This document shows positions 18,096-27,467 of a stretch of 32,000 nt of DNA, piece by piece. Under the pieces are notes generated by a model. The model did not search any database and was not told the origin of the DNA. It was given only the letters and a program-made list of their open reading frames with translations. The DNA is taken from NCBI RefSeq assembly GCF_054888695.1, contig NZ_CM142671.1; one strand, 5' to 3'. Position numbers and translations under genes: made by a program. Positions within the stretch are counted from its first letter, which is position 1, and every line of letters begins with the position of its first letter.

Positions 18096-18593
18096 TCACT
18101 CTGTTCGAACTTCCTCTTCGGTATTGTCTGTCAAAAGTTCAAGATAAGCAGTAGCCATCTCTTTAATTTTTTCATTTTGACTATAGGTTACGACAGTATT
18201 AAATAACTCAGTGGCCATTTTAATGTTTTTTAAGCCCATCTGGCATTGACCCATATAATAAACCAAAGAGAAATCGTTATCGGGAGATAGCATTAAACAG
18301 ATATGATACATGTCGAATGCCTTTTGATAATCTTTCTTCAATTGACAGACGGCGGCATATCCTTTTAAGTAGTTATAATTTTGGAAATCATAAATACAGA
18401 GAAATTTAAAAAAGAGTTCAGCTTCGTCAAGTCTTCCTTTTTCATAAAAGTTATAAGCGTAAGCATAAACGCCTTCAAGGGTATCCGGGGTTATGCCATG
18501 CAGCTCTGCAAGCGTTGCTCCCATACCTAATGCACGTTCGAACTTACTGGCAATTTCTTTATTTTCTTCTAAATCCAGATTTGCGCTTTCCAT
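18096..18593 (-). CDS. eicA: T3SS class II (TPR) chaperone, SicA/IpgC-like
   Basis: GATLAELHGITPDTLEGVYAYAYNFYEKGRLDEAELFFKFLCIYDFQNYNYLKGYAAVCQLKKDYQKAF closely resembles SicA. AAGGAG is upstream of the ATG. Confidence 0.9.
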   Translation of the reverse strand: MESANLDLEENKEIASKFERALGMGATLAELHGITPDTLEGVYAYAYNFYEKGRLDEAELFFKFLCIYDFQNYNYLKGYAAVCQLKKDYQKAFDMYHICLMLSPDNDFSLVYYMGQCQMGLKNIKMATELFNTVVTYSQNEKIKEMATAYLELLTDNTEEEVRTE

Positions 18594-18894
18594 CTCTACT
18601 CTCTCCTTTCGAACATTCTTTGTTCAGACTTCACCATTTTTTAGAGGGTGGTGATATCAAAATTCGCTCATTTTTATGCCCATCCGTTGGGCTTCGTTTT
18701 CTGCATTAAAAACAAGTATTGTTTCAATGAGATAAGATTTTCTATGTGATGAAATGAAAATAATGTAGAGGGAAATTTATCCACAATCCTGATGAACGGG
18801 TTCAATTTTGATTGGAATTTGAAAAAGCAGGTGATTTACTGATGTGCGAGCTTAAGTCAGCGGCTGCTGGCCTGAGCGCGGAGGTGTGCGAAAT

Positions 18895-19188
18895 TCACAT
18901 ATCCGGGCATTCCACCTTACCCAGCGCTTCCCAGTAGTTATTCTGATTATTACGCTCCATCGCCACAATAGCTTCGCGGATATGTTGTTTGTTACTCTCA
19001 TCAGACAACATTAATTTTTCCCACGCTTCGTCTGATAATGACGCCTGTGGCGTGCAAATTTTACGTAAATCTTGCAATACCGTGGTTTTCTCTTTTGCCG
19101 ACTGTAGCGAGCTGAATGGCGACTCGGCCTGAGAAATGGCTGGAAAAGTCAGGAATACGGTAATCATGAGTAGCATCGTTGGCTTCAT
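18895..19188 (-). CDS. yicS: YicS, small protein with signal peptide
   Basis: 97-aa MKPTMLLMITVFLTFPAISQAESPFSSLQSAKEK... The track ORF starts 23 codons upstream; MKPTMLLM is the likely true start. Location next to nlpA agrees. Confidence 0.85.
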   Translation of the reverse strand: MKPTMLLMITVFLTFPAISQAESPFSSLQSAKEKTTVLQDLRKICTPQASLSDEAWEKLMLSDESNKQHIREAIVAMERNNQNNYWEALGKVECPDM

Positions 19189-19396
19189 AGCGGCAACCTT
19201 CTGCAAATGTGCATCGAATGAAGCATAAGTGTAGTTTGCTTTTACCGCTCTCATCATGCTGTACGAAAGGTGTTTGCGTGGTCAGTAAGAAGTGCCAGTT
19301 TTTTATACCTTTTTCTTCTATTCGATAGCTTTTCATTTTTTAAATCGTAGTGATCTTGCCATTATAGTCAGTTAATGATTAAAAAAAGGATAAAAA

Positions 19397-20215
19397 ATGA
19401 AACTGACAACACATCATCTACGGGCGGGGGCCGCATTATTGCTGGCAGGAATTCTGCTGGCAGGTTGCGACCAGAGTAGCAGCGATGCAAAACACATTAA
19501 AGTTGGCGTTATAAATGGCGCAGAACAAGATGTCGCGGAAGTCGCTAAAAAGGTGGCAAAAGAGAAATATGGCCTCGATGTTGAACTGGTAGGATTTAGC
19601 GGTTCGTTGCTACCGAACGATGCGACAAATCATGGCGAGCTTGATGCGAACGTCTTCCAGCATCGGCCCTTTCTTGAACAAGATAATCAGGCGCATGGTT
19701 ATAAACTGGTAGCGGTGGGAAATACGTTTGTCTTCCCTATGGCGGGTTATTCCAAAAAAATCAAAACCGTGGCGCAAATAAAAGAAGGCGCGACAGTGGC
19801 GATCCCCAACGACCCGACCAACCTTGGTCGCGCGCTTTTACTGTTGCAAAAAGAGAAGCTAATTACTCTGAAAGAGGGAAAAGGGTTATTACCTACCGCA
19901 CTGGATATAACCGATAATCCTCGTCATTTGCAGATTATGGAACTCGAGGGGGCGCAACTCCCGCGCGTACTGGATGATCCCAAAGTTGATGTGGCGATTA
20001 TCAGCACCACTTACATTCAGCAGACCGGGCTTTCTCCGGTGCACGACAGCGTATTTATTGAAGATAAGAATTCGCCGTATGTGAATATTCTGGTGGCACG
20101 GGAAGATAATAAGAATGCAGAAAACGTGAAGGAATTTCTGCAATCTTATCAATCATCCGAAGTCGCTAAAGCGGCAGAAACCATCTTTAACGGTGGCGCG
20201 GTGCCTGGCTGGTAA
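19397..20215 (+). CDS. nlpA: Lipoprotein-28, MetQ/NlpA family substrate-binding lipoprotein
   Basis: Lipobox LLAGC; MetQ-like sequence GLDVELVGFSGSLLPNDATNHGELDANVFQHRPFL... Confidence 0.95.
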   Translation: MKLTTHHLRAGAALLLAGILLAGCDQSSSDAKHIKVGVINGAEQDVAEVAKKVAKEKYGLDVELVGFSGSLLPNDATNHGELDANVFQHRPFLEQDNQAHGYKLVAVGNTFVFPMAGYSKKIKTVAQIKEGATVAIPNDPTNLGRALLLLQKEKLITLKEGKGLLPTALDITDNPRHLQIMELEGAQLPRVLDDPKVDVAIISTTYIQQTGLSPVHDSVFIEDKNSPYVNILVAREDNKNAENVKEFLQSYQSSEVAKAAETIFNGGAVPGW

Positions 20216-20218
20216 TTC

Positions 20219-21142
20219 TCACTCATCCCGCGCCGGACGATTTATTTTTCTGGCGCGGCGACGGGAATCCATTGAAATCAAAATCACTGATGACAGAATC
20301 AGAAGCGTTCCCAGCCAGTCCGGTAATGTGAATGTGATCCCCAGCAACAGCAAAGAGAGCAGCGCGCTACTTAATGGTTCTGCACAGCTCAAAATGCTGG
20401 CTTTTGGACCGCCAATTAATTGTGCTCCTTTCAGGTACAGACTAAATGTCAGGGACGTACCAATGACCACCAAATAAAAAAACGCCAGAATCAAACTGCC
20501 GTTAACGACAAAGTTTGTCCCTTGTCTGGCATAAAAAGGCAACAGAATCAGACCGCCGATCAGCATACTCCAGCCGACGACAGGCAACGTGCCATAGCGG
20601 GCAATCAGCGTTGAGGGATAGGTGGTATAGAATGCAGCAGCAAATGCCGAGGCAATGCCCCAGAATAACGCGGCCGGAGAGATCGATAATGACGTCGGAT
20701 TACCGTGTGTCACCAGTAAAAAAGTCCCGACCAGCGATGTCAAAATAGCGCAAAAAACCAGAATGCCCGGGCGCGATTTACGTACCAGTGAGAACCAGGC
20801 GACGATAATCGTCGGTGAGAGGAATTGCAGCACCGTTGCCGTGGCTGCGTTCGATTTTTCGATGGTTAGCAAAAAAGTGAGCTGTACGGTTAGCGCGCCA
20901 ACCACGGAAAAAATCAGTAGGCTAATGGCATCTTTGTGATTGTTAATAATAGAAAAGATTTTATCACCATGAACAAATGATAGCGTCAGCAGAATCAAAC
21001 CGGCGAATATCAAACGCGTCATAGTCAAAAACTGCGACGACATCTGGCTTTGCTCCATGATGTATTGCGCGCAGACCCCTGAACTTCCCCACAACACGGC
21101 GGCAATCAGAACGTTCAGCATCCCCTTTCTGGTGGAACCCAT
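20219..21142 (-). CDS. yicL: EamA/DMT-family inner-membrane transporter YicL
   Basis: [29 protein letters not shown]... with ten-helix DMT-like character. Convergent with nlpA with a 3-bp gap. Confidence 0.9.
20228..20258 (+). terminator. Candidate terminator for nlpA, embedded in the 3' coding end of yicL
   Basis: Stem CCGCGCC / GGCGCGG around a T-rich 17-nt loop, 13 nt after the nlpA stop. Confidence 0.3.
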
Positions 21143-21252
21143 TTTTCCCTCTGCATACTGTTTTGTCGTTTATGTATGCAGGCATGATAGCAAAAATGGC
21201 GAGGATGGCTCTGTTTGCGCCACGCCGATTTTTCTTAGCCCAGACTGGTGAG

Positions 21253-22437
21253 CTAAATATCTTTAATAAACAGCAGGCAAATCATCGCAATACCCAACAT
21301 CCCTATCGCCAGCCAGAACAACGCGTGGTAGCTCCAGATTTCAACCATAATTCCGTCAACAGAGCCGGCGATAATCCAGCCGACGCGTGAGGTATTTGCA
21401 TATAACGTTGTCGCAGAGCCTATTTTTTCAGGCATCAGGTCCTGAAAATAAAGCATGCCGATACCACAGAGAATACCAAGGAAGATGGCATTAAGAATTT
21501 GCAATTCCAGCTCAACTGCCGGAGTCGTCGCCATGAGTACGCTGGCGTAAAAACACATTCCACTCACGATAGCAATGAGCATTAATAGCCGCTTGCCAAT
21601 ACGTTTCATGTAATAGCCTGCGATTAACATCATCGGAATTTCCAGACCGGCAGCAATACCAATCATTTCTCCAGCCAGTTTATCGGTTAGATGCAGTTCA
21701 TCAATAATAAATAGCGGCATATTTATCATGTAGAGATTATTCGCCGCCCACATCATTGAACAGACCACAAAAAGTAGCCGCGTATCCCGCTTCCTGTGGG
21801 TGGAGGGTAAAATTTCTATGGGTTGGGTAACGACAGGAATATTTCTTTGTATTGATGGCAAAAACAACCAGACTATCAGTCCGCAAACAACAAATGCGAT
21901 GGCAGCGGTGAGATACATCACTTTAAAACTAAATCCCATTGCCAGTTCATAAGCGAGCGGTGGCCCGATAACCCAGGCAAGCGAGATCTGAGCACGTAAA
22001 AATGTACTGAACATGACCGTCTCACGGCCTGTTCTGTCGGCGTGTTCACGGGCGAGGGCGAACATTTGCGGGTTTGCAGTGGAAGCAAAACTACTCAGAA
22101 GTACGCCCGTTGAGAGGAGAATGAAGTAGTTGCGATTCCACGCAAAAAGCGTGCAGGCCAGCACTCCAAATAAGCAACATAGCAGGATCAGTAATTTACG
22201 GTCGCCTTGTTTATCGGAGTGCCTTGCCAGAAATTGACTGACCAGAATTCCCATAATAGCGCTACCGGTGAAGAAAAAACCTACCATTATAGGACGGGCT
22301 TTCAGTTCATCTGCGAGGAATATACTTAGGGTGGGAGTCTGGAGAGCGCCCGCAATACCCGTCAGAAAGGCGACAAGTAAAAATGCCGCGGCAGTGAGAT
22401 CAAGTATTTTTGATGGAGTAGTAGCCGTTTTTTGCAT
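21253..22437 (-). CDS. setC: MFS sugar efflux transporter SetC
   Basis: 394-aa MFS protein MQKTATTPSKILDLTAAAFLLVAFLTGIAGALQTPTLSIFLADELK..., located between yicL and selC as in E. coli. Confidence 0.92.
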   Translation of the reverse strand: MQKTATTPSKILDLTAAAFLLVAFLTGIAGALQTPTLSIFLADELKARPIMVGFFFTGSAIMGILVSQFLARHSDKQGDRKLLILLCCLFGVLACTLFAWNRNYFILLSTGVLLSSFASTANPQMFALAREHADRTGRETVMFSTFLRAQISLAWVIGPPLAYELAMGFSFKVMYLTAAIAFVVCGLIVWLFLPSIQRNIPVVTQPIEILPSTHRKRDTRLLFVVCSMMWAANNLYMINMPLFIIDELHLTDKLAGEMIGIAAGLEIPMMLIAGYYMKRIGKRLLMLIAIVSGMCFYASVLMATTPAVELELQILNAIFLGILCGIGMLYFQDLMPEKIGSATTLYANTSRVGWIIAGSVDGIMVEIWSYHALFWLAIGMLGIAMICLLFIKDI

Positions 22438-22744
22438 TCTTCTGAATCACCGGGCGACAAAATATAACTGAGTTACAAATAAGTACCAGTCGAATGAGTA
22501 TTGTATTAAGAATTTTTGAGTATCGCTGATACAACCAGAAAGCAATGCTAGCGCAATATTATAGGGCCAGCAATTGAGATTATTAGCAAAAGCATGTTAA
22601 GAGTTAATCACCGAATTTATATATTAATTATAGTAAGACAATGAGCTATTTTTGATAGTAAAAATAAAACAAATTTATTTGATATATTAAATGAACAAAT
22701 TAATCTTGATGGCAGTCTGATTATTGGTGAAGTTTACAGGTCAG

Positions 22745-23035
22745 TTTTTTTCGCCAGCGGTTAAAGGAATAGAATCGTCGTATAAAAAAAGGGTGTTCTG
22801 GGGCGTGTAAAACAACATCTTCACCTTAATGGCGATACAGTTGGCTGAGAGTCAGCAGGGGGGCAAATCACCTGCAAATAAACACGGCGCATGCTGGCGC
22901 GAATATCGCGGATGCGTTCGAGGACAGAAGAACCGACAGGCGGATTCTTCAGCCGCTCATCGTCCATCACAAAACCTTTGACCAGGTATTCCTGAAGCCG
23001 ATTGAATATTGAGCAGTAGAAAATATCTGGATTGA
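22745..23035 (-). pseudogene. Degenerate rhuM-family gene remnant
   Basis: Reverse-strand translation contains NRLQEYLVKGFVMDDERLKNPPVGSSVLERIRDIRASMRRVYLQV, resembling the RhuM core (REYIVKGFxLDDERLKxxxxYFxELLxRIRDIRSSERRFYQKV). After a frameshift come weaker segments resembling ADYQPTV and QNKLxFA. It is short, frameshifted and has no usable start. Confidence 0.6.
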
Positions 23036-23075
23036 CAGTATTACAAGGGATTGGAGAACGTCAGAAGAGGCATTT

Positions 23076-23170
23076 TGGCGGAAGATCACAGGAGTCGAAC
23101 CTGCCCGGGACCGCTGGCGGCCCCAACTGGATTTGAAGTCCAGCCGCCTCACCGGAGACGACGATCTTCC
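23076..23170 (-). tRNA. selC: tRNA-Sec (UCA anticodon)
   Basis: The reverse complement is the 95-nt GGAAGATCGTCGTCTCCGGTGAGGCGGCTGGACTTCAAATCCAGTTGGGGCCGCCAGCGGTCCCGGGCAGGTTCGACTCCTGTGATCTTCCGCCA, the E. coli selC sequence with long variable arm. Confidence 0.98.
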
Positions 23171-23323
23171 GCGCCTCGATTGCTACATGGAGGCGGGGCG
23201 CATTATAGCTACTTCCTTGAGTTTCTACATCCCCCAGATCAGTTTTTTCCGCCTAATACACGCAGCGTATTATCACGAAAGCATTATAATTCATATAAAA
23301 CCCATACTTTACAATGATATATG

Positions 23324-23338
23324 AGCGTAATTTACGCT
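23324..23338. promoter_or_regulatory. Palindrome upstream of yicJI, candidate operator
   Basis: AGCGTAA-T-TTACGCT, 7-bp arms with 1-nt centre, ~125 bp before yicJ. Confidence 0.25.
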
Positions 23339-23462
23339 ACCACGATCACATAAAACAAGAATCATAAATTAATAACCAGATATCGGAATATTCGCTCTCA
23401 CAGGGATGGTTTACAAAATGCGTTATCGGTCTCAGCACCCCTATAGCATCAAGGAAAAGCAG

Positions 23463-24845
23463 ATGAAGAGTGAAGTGTTGTCCGTTAAAGAGAAAATTGG
23501 TTATGGCATGGGAGACGCCGCCAGCCACATTATTTTCGATAACGTAATGTTATATATGATGTTCTTTTATACCGATATTTTTGGCATTCCTGCCGGATTT
23601 GTCGGAACCATGTTTTTGGTCGCTCGTGCACTGGATGCGATTTCCGATCCTTGCATGGGGTTGTTGGCCGATCGAACGCGCTCTCGCTGGGGTAAATTTC
23701 GTCCGTGGGTACTGTTTGGCGCACTGCCATTTGGGATCGTCTGTGTACTGGCCTATAGCACGCCAGATCTCAGTATGAACGGAAAAATGATTTATGCAGC
23801 AATTACTTACACCCTACTTACCTTACTTTATACCATCGTTAATATCCCTTACTGCGCATTGGGTGGGGTAATCACCAATGACCCGACTCAGCGTATCTCG
23901 CTGCAATCCTGGCGTTTTGTGCTGGCGACCGCGGGAGGCATGCTCTCTACTGTTCTGATGATGCCACTGGTTAATTTAATTGGTGGTGATAATAAACCAC
24001 TCGGTTTCCAGGGCGGAATCGCGGTCCTTTCCGTGGTGGCATTTATGATGCTGGCATTTTGTTTCTTCACCACTAAAGAACGCGTTGAAGCACCACCTAC
24101 AACGACGTCTATGCGGGAAGATTTACGTGATATCTGGCAAAACGACCAGTGGCGTATTGTCGGTTTACTAACCATTTTCAATATTCTGGCGGTATGCGTA
24201 CGCGGTGGGGCGATGATGTATTACGTCACATGGATTTTGGGTACGCCGGAAGTGTTTGTCGCTTTTCTTACCACTTATTGCGTGGGTAACCTGATTGGTT
24301 CCGCACTGGCGAAACCGCTGACCGACTGGAAATGTAAAGTCACTATCTTCTGGTGGACGAACGCCCTGCTGGCAGTGATTAGCCTGGCGATGTTCTTTGT
24401 TCCTATGCAGGCCAGCATCACCATGTTTGTCTTCATCTTCGTGATTGGTGTGCTGCATCAACTGGTGACACCTATCCAGTGGGTAATGATGTCCGATACC
24501 GTCGATTACGGCGAGTGGTGCAATGGTAAACGCCTGACCGGGATCAGTTTTGCTGGCACGCTGTTTGTGCTCAAACTGGGGTTGGCCTTCGGCGGCGCTC
24601 TTATCGGCTGGATGCTGGCTTATGGCGGATATGATGCGGCAGAAAAAGCGCAGAACAGCGCCACGATTAGCATCATTATTGCGCTATTCACGATTGTTCC
24701 GGCGATCTGTTATTTGCTGAGCGCGATTATCGCTAAACGCTACTACTCACTCACGACGCACAATCTGAAAACCGTTATGGAACAGCTGGCCCAGGGCAAA
24801 CGCCGTTGCCAGCAACAATTCACCTCTCAAGAAGTGCAGAACTAA
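23463..24845 (+). CDS. yicJ: GPH-family sodium:sugar symporter YicJ
   Basis: MKSEVLSVKEKIGYGMGDAASHIIFDNVMLYMMFFYTDIFGIPAGFVGTMFLVARALDAISDPCMG, 460 aa from this start. The track ORF starts 19 codons upstream. Confidence 0.93.
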   Translation: MKSEVLSVKEKIGYGMGDAASHIIFDNVMLYMMFFYTDIFGIPAGFVGTMFLVARALDAISDPCMGLLADRTRSRWGKFRPWVLFGALPFGIVCVLAYSTPDLSMNGKMIYAAITYTLLTLLYTIVNIPYCALGGVITNDPTQRISLQSWRFVLATAGGMLSTVLMMPLVNLIGGDNKPLGFQGGIAVLSVVAFMMLAFCFFTTKERVEAPPTTTSMREDLRDIWQNDQWRIVGLLTIFNILAVCVRGGAMMYYVTWILGTPEVFVAFLTTYCVGNLIGSALAKPLTDWKCKVTIFWWTNALLAVISLAMFFVPMQASITMFVFIFVIGVLHQLVTPIQWVMMSDTVDYGEWCNGKRLTGISFAGTLFVLKLGLAFGGALIGWMLAYGGYDAAEKAQNSATISIIIALFTIVPAICYLLSAIIAKRYYSLTTHNLKTVMEQLAQGKRRCQQQFTSQEVQN

Positions 24846-24854
24846 GGAACGGCA

Positions 24855-27173
24855 ATGAAAATTAGCGACGGAAACTGGTTGATTCAACCTGGCCTCAATT
24901 TGATTCACCCGCTTCAGGTGTTCGAGGTTGAACAGCAGGGTAATGAAATGGTGGTCTATGCTGCCCCTCGTGATGTGCGTGAACGTACCTGGCAGCTTGA
25001 TACGCCTTTATTTACGCTGCGCTTTTTCTCCCCACAGGAAGGTATTGTCGGTGTACGGATTGAGCATTTTCAGGGGGCGCTGAATAACGGTCCTCATTAT
25101 CCGCTCAATATTTTGCAGGACGTGAAGGTCACAATCGAAAACACAGAACGTTACGCTGAGTTTAAAAGTGGCAACTTAAGCGCGCGTGTCAGCAAAGGTG
25201 AGTTCTGGTCACTGGATTTTCTGCGCAACGGCGAACGTATTACCGGTAGTCAGGTGAAAAATAACGGCTACGTGCAGGACACGAATAATCAACGAAATTA
25301 TATGTTTGAGCGGCTGGATCTTGGCGTTGGCGAAACAGTTTACGGTCTGGGAGAGCGCTTTACTGCCCTGGTGCGCAATGGCCAGACGGTAGAGACCTGG
25401 AACCGGGACGGCGGCACAAGTACTGAACAGGCGTATAAAAATATTCCGTTCTATATGACTAACCGTGGTTATGGGGTACTGGTCAATCATCCTCAATGCG
25501 TCTCTTTTGAAGTGGGATCGGAGAAAGTCTCCAAAGTGCAGTTCAGCGTTGAGAGTGAATATCTCGAATACTTTGTTATCGACGGCCCGACGCCGAAAGC
25601 GGTACTTGATAGTTATACCCGTTTTACTGGTCGTCCGGCGCTGCCGCCCGCGTGGTCCTTCGGCCTGTGGCTAACCACTTCATTTACCACCAACTACGAC
25701 GAAGCGACGGTAAACAGCTTTATCGATGGTATGGCGGAACGCAATCTGCCGCTGCATGTTTTCCACTTTGACTGTTTCTGGATGAAAGCCTTCCAGTGGT
25801 GCGATTTTGAGTGGGACCCGCTGACTTTCCCGGACCCGGAAGGGATGATCCGCCGCCTGAAAGCGAAAGGGCTAAAAATCTGCGTCTGGATTAACCCCTA
25901 TATCGGGCAAAAATCCCCTGTCTTTAAAGAGTTACAAGAGAAAGGTTATTTACTCAAACGCCCGGACGGTTCGCTGTGGCAGTGGGATAAATGGCAGCCA
26001 GGTCTGGCGATTTATGACTTTACCAATCCGGATGCCTGCAAATGGTACGCCGACAAACTGAAAGGTCTGGTCGCGATGGGCGTTGATTGCTTTAAGACCG
26101 ACTTTGGCGAACGTATTCCAACCGATGTTCAATGGTTTGATGGTTCCGATCCGCAGAAAATGCATAACCATTATGCGTACATCTACAACGAACTGGTGTG
26201 GAACGTGCTCAAGGAAACCGTTGGCGAGGAAGAAGCCGTCTTGTTTGCCCGCTCGGCCTCCGTCGGTGCGCAGAAATTCCCGGTACATTGGGGTGGCGAC
26301 TGTTACGCTAACTACGAATCAATGGCGGAAAGCCTGCGCGGTGGTTTGTCTATTGGCCTTTCTGGTTTTGGCTTCTGGAGCCACGATATCGGCGGCTTTG
26401 AGAATACCGCTCCGGCGCACGTTTACAAACGCTGGTGCGCGTTTGGTTTGCTCTCCAGCCATAGCCGTTTACACGGCAGCAAATCTTATCGTGTGCCGTG
26501 GGCCTATGATGATGAGTCCTGTGATGTGGTGCGCTTCTTCACGCAACTGAAATGCCGCATGATGCCGTATCTGTATCGTGAAGCTGCACGTGCAAACGCC
26601 CGGGGTACCCCGATGATGCGGGCCATGATGATGGAGTTCCCGGACGATCCGGCTTGTGATTACCTTGACCGTCAATACATGTTAGGCGATAACGTGATGG
26701 TTGCTCCGGTGTTCACTGAAGCGGGCGATGTGCAGTTCTACCTGCCGGAAGGTCGCTGGACACACCTGTGGCACAACGATGAACTCGACGGTAGTCGCTG
26801 GCATAAACAGCAGCACGGCTTCCTGAGTCTGCCCGTTTATGTGCGTGATAACACCCTACTGGCGCTGGGCAACAACGAGCAACGTCCCGATTACGCGTGG
26901 CACGAAGGCACGGCATTCCAGCTCTTTAATCTGCAAGACGGGCATGAAGCCATCTGTGAAGTGCCCGCTGCCGATGGTTCCGTTCTTTTCACCCTGAAAG
27001 CGGCGCGTACTAGCAACACAATTACTGTGACTGGTGCGGGCGTGGCGAAGAACTGGACGCTGTGCTTGCGCAATGTTGTGAAAGTAAATGGTCTGCAAGG
27101 CGGTTCGCAGGCTGAAAGTGAGCAGGGGCTGGTGGTGACGCCTCAAGGGAATGCGCTGACAATTACGTTGTAA
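24855..27173 (+). CDS. yicI: Alpha-xylosidase, GH31 family
   Basis: 772 aa with GH31 active-site region [20 protein letters not shown]. Follows yicJ directly. Confidence 0.95.
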   Translation: MKISDGNWLIQPGLNLIHPLQVFEVEQQGNEMVVYAAPRDVRERTWQLDTPLFTLRFFSPQEGIVGVRIEHFQGALNNGPHYPLNILQDVKVTIENTERYAEFKSGNLSARVSKGEFWSLDFLRNGERITGSQVKNNGYVQDTNNQRNYMFERLDLGVGETVYGLGERFTALVRNGQTVETWNRDGGTSTEQAYKNIPFYMTNRGYGVLVNHPQCVSFEVGSEKVSKVQFSVESEYLEYFVIDGPTPKAVLDSYTRFTGRPALPPAWSFGLWLTTSFTTNYDEATVNSFIDGMAERNLPLHVFHFDCFWMKAFQWCDFEWDPLTFPDPEGMIRRLKAKGLKICVWINPYIGQKSPVFKELQEKGYLLKRPDGSLWQWDKWQPGLAIYDFTNPDACKWYADKLKGLVAMGVDCFKTDFGERIPTDVQWFDGSDPQKMHNHYAYIYNELVWNVLKETVGEEEAVLFARSASVGAQKFPVHWGGDCYANYESMAESLRGGLSIGLSGFGFWSHDIGGFENTAPAHVYKRWCAFGLLSSHSRLHGSKSYRVPWAYDDESCDVVRFFTQLKCRMMPYLYREAARANARGTPMMRAMMMEFPDDPACDYLDRQYMLGDNVMVAPVFTEAGDVQFYLPEGRWTHLWHNDELDGSRWHKQQHGFLSLPVYVRDNTLLALGNNEQRPDYAWHEGTAFQLFNLQDGHEAICEVPAADGSVLFTLKAARTSNTITVTGAGVAKNWTLCLRNVVKVNGLQGGSQAESEQGLVVTPQGNALTITL

Positions 27174-27188
27174 TCTATTGAAGAATGC

Positions 27189-27219
27189 CGGATACGAATG
27201 GTTTTGTGTCGTATCCGGT
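27189..27219. terminator. Hairpin downstream of yicI (REP-like or terminator)
   Basis: 10-bp perfect stem CCGGATACGA / TCGTATCCGG; outer bases resemble REP elements. Confidence 0.5.
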
Positions 27220-27467
27220 AAATAATCTCACATCTGGTAATAAATATTTCTTCCATCGTATTTGCGAGCATGATCACGATTATTCATCACGAAAATGTGA
27301 TCTGTGCTGAAAAATATCCCTTAACCGCCTTGCTTTGTTTTATCACTGTCCGGATTACGGACATATTTTAGTATTGTTGTGAAATTATTCTGCTTTATAT
27401 TTACCCTCAGAGATGGCAACTGAAGCTCTTCCTCATAGGGCTTCTTAATCTGTGATAAGGGTAAAAA

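Noticed and set aside
18594-18894. HilA-box pair (TTKHAT-N6-TTKHAT) upstream of eicA
   Set aside because: TTTCAT-like hexamers occur in the AT-rich leader but I could not find a correctly spaced pair by eye, so I do not claim an EilA site.
22967-23152. 61-aa minus-strand ORF overlapping selC
   Set aside because: Runs through the tRNA-Sec gene; its translation is selC sequence plus flank, not a protein.
23076-23170. selC occupied by an intact pathogenicity island
   Set aside because: Backbone genes setC, yicL and nlpA follow within 1-4 kb on one side and yicJI on the other, with no integrase; only a rhuM-like relic is present.
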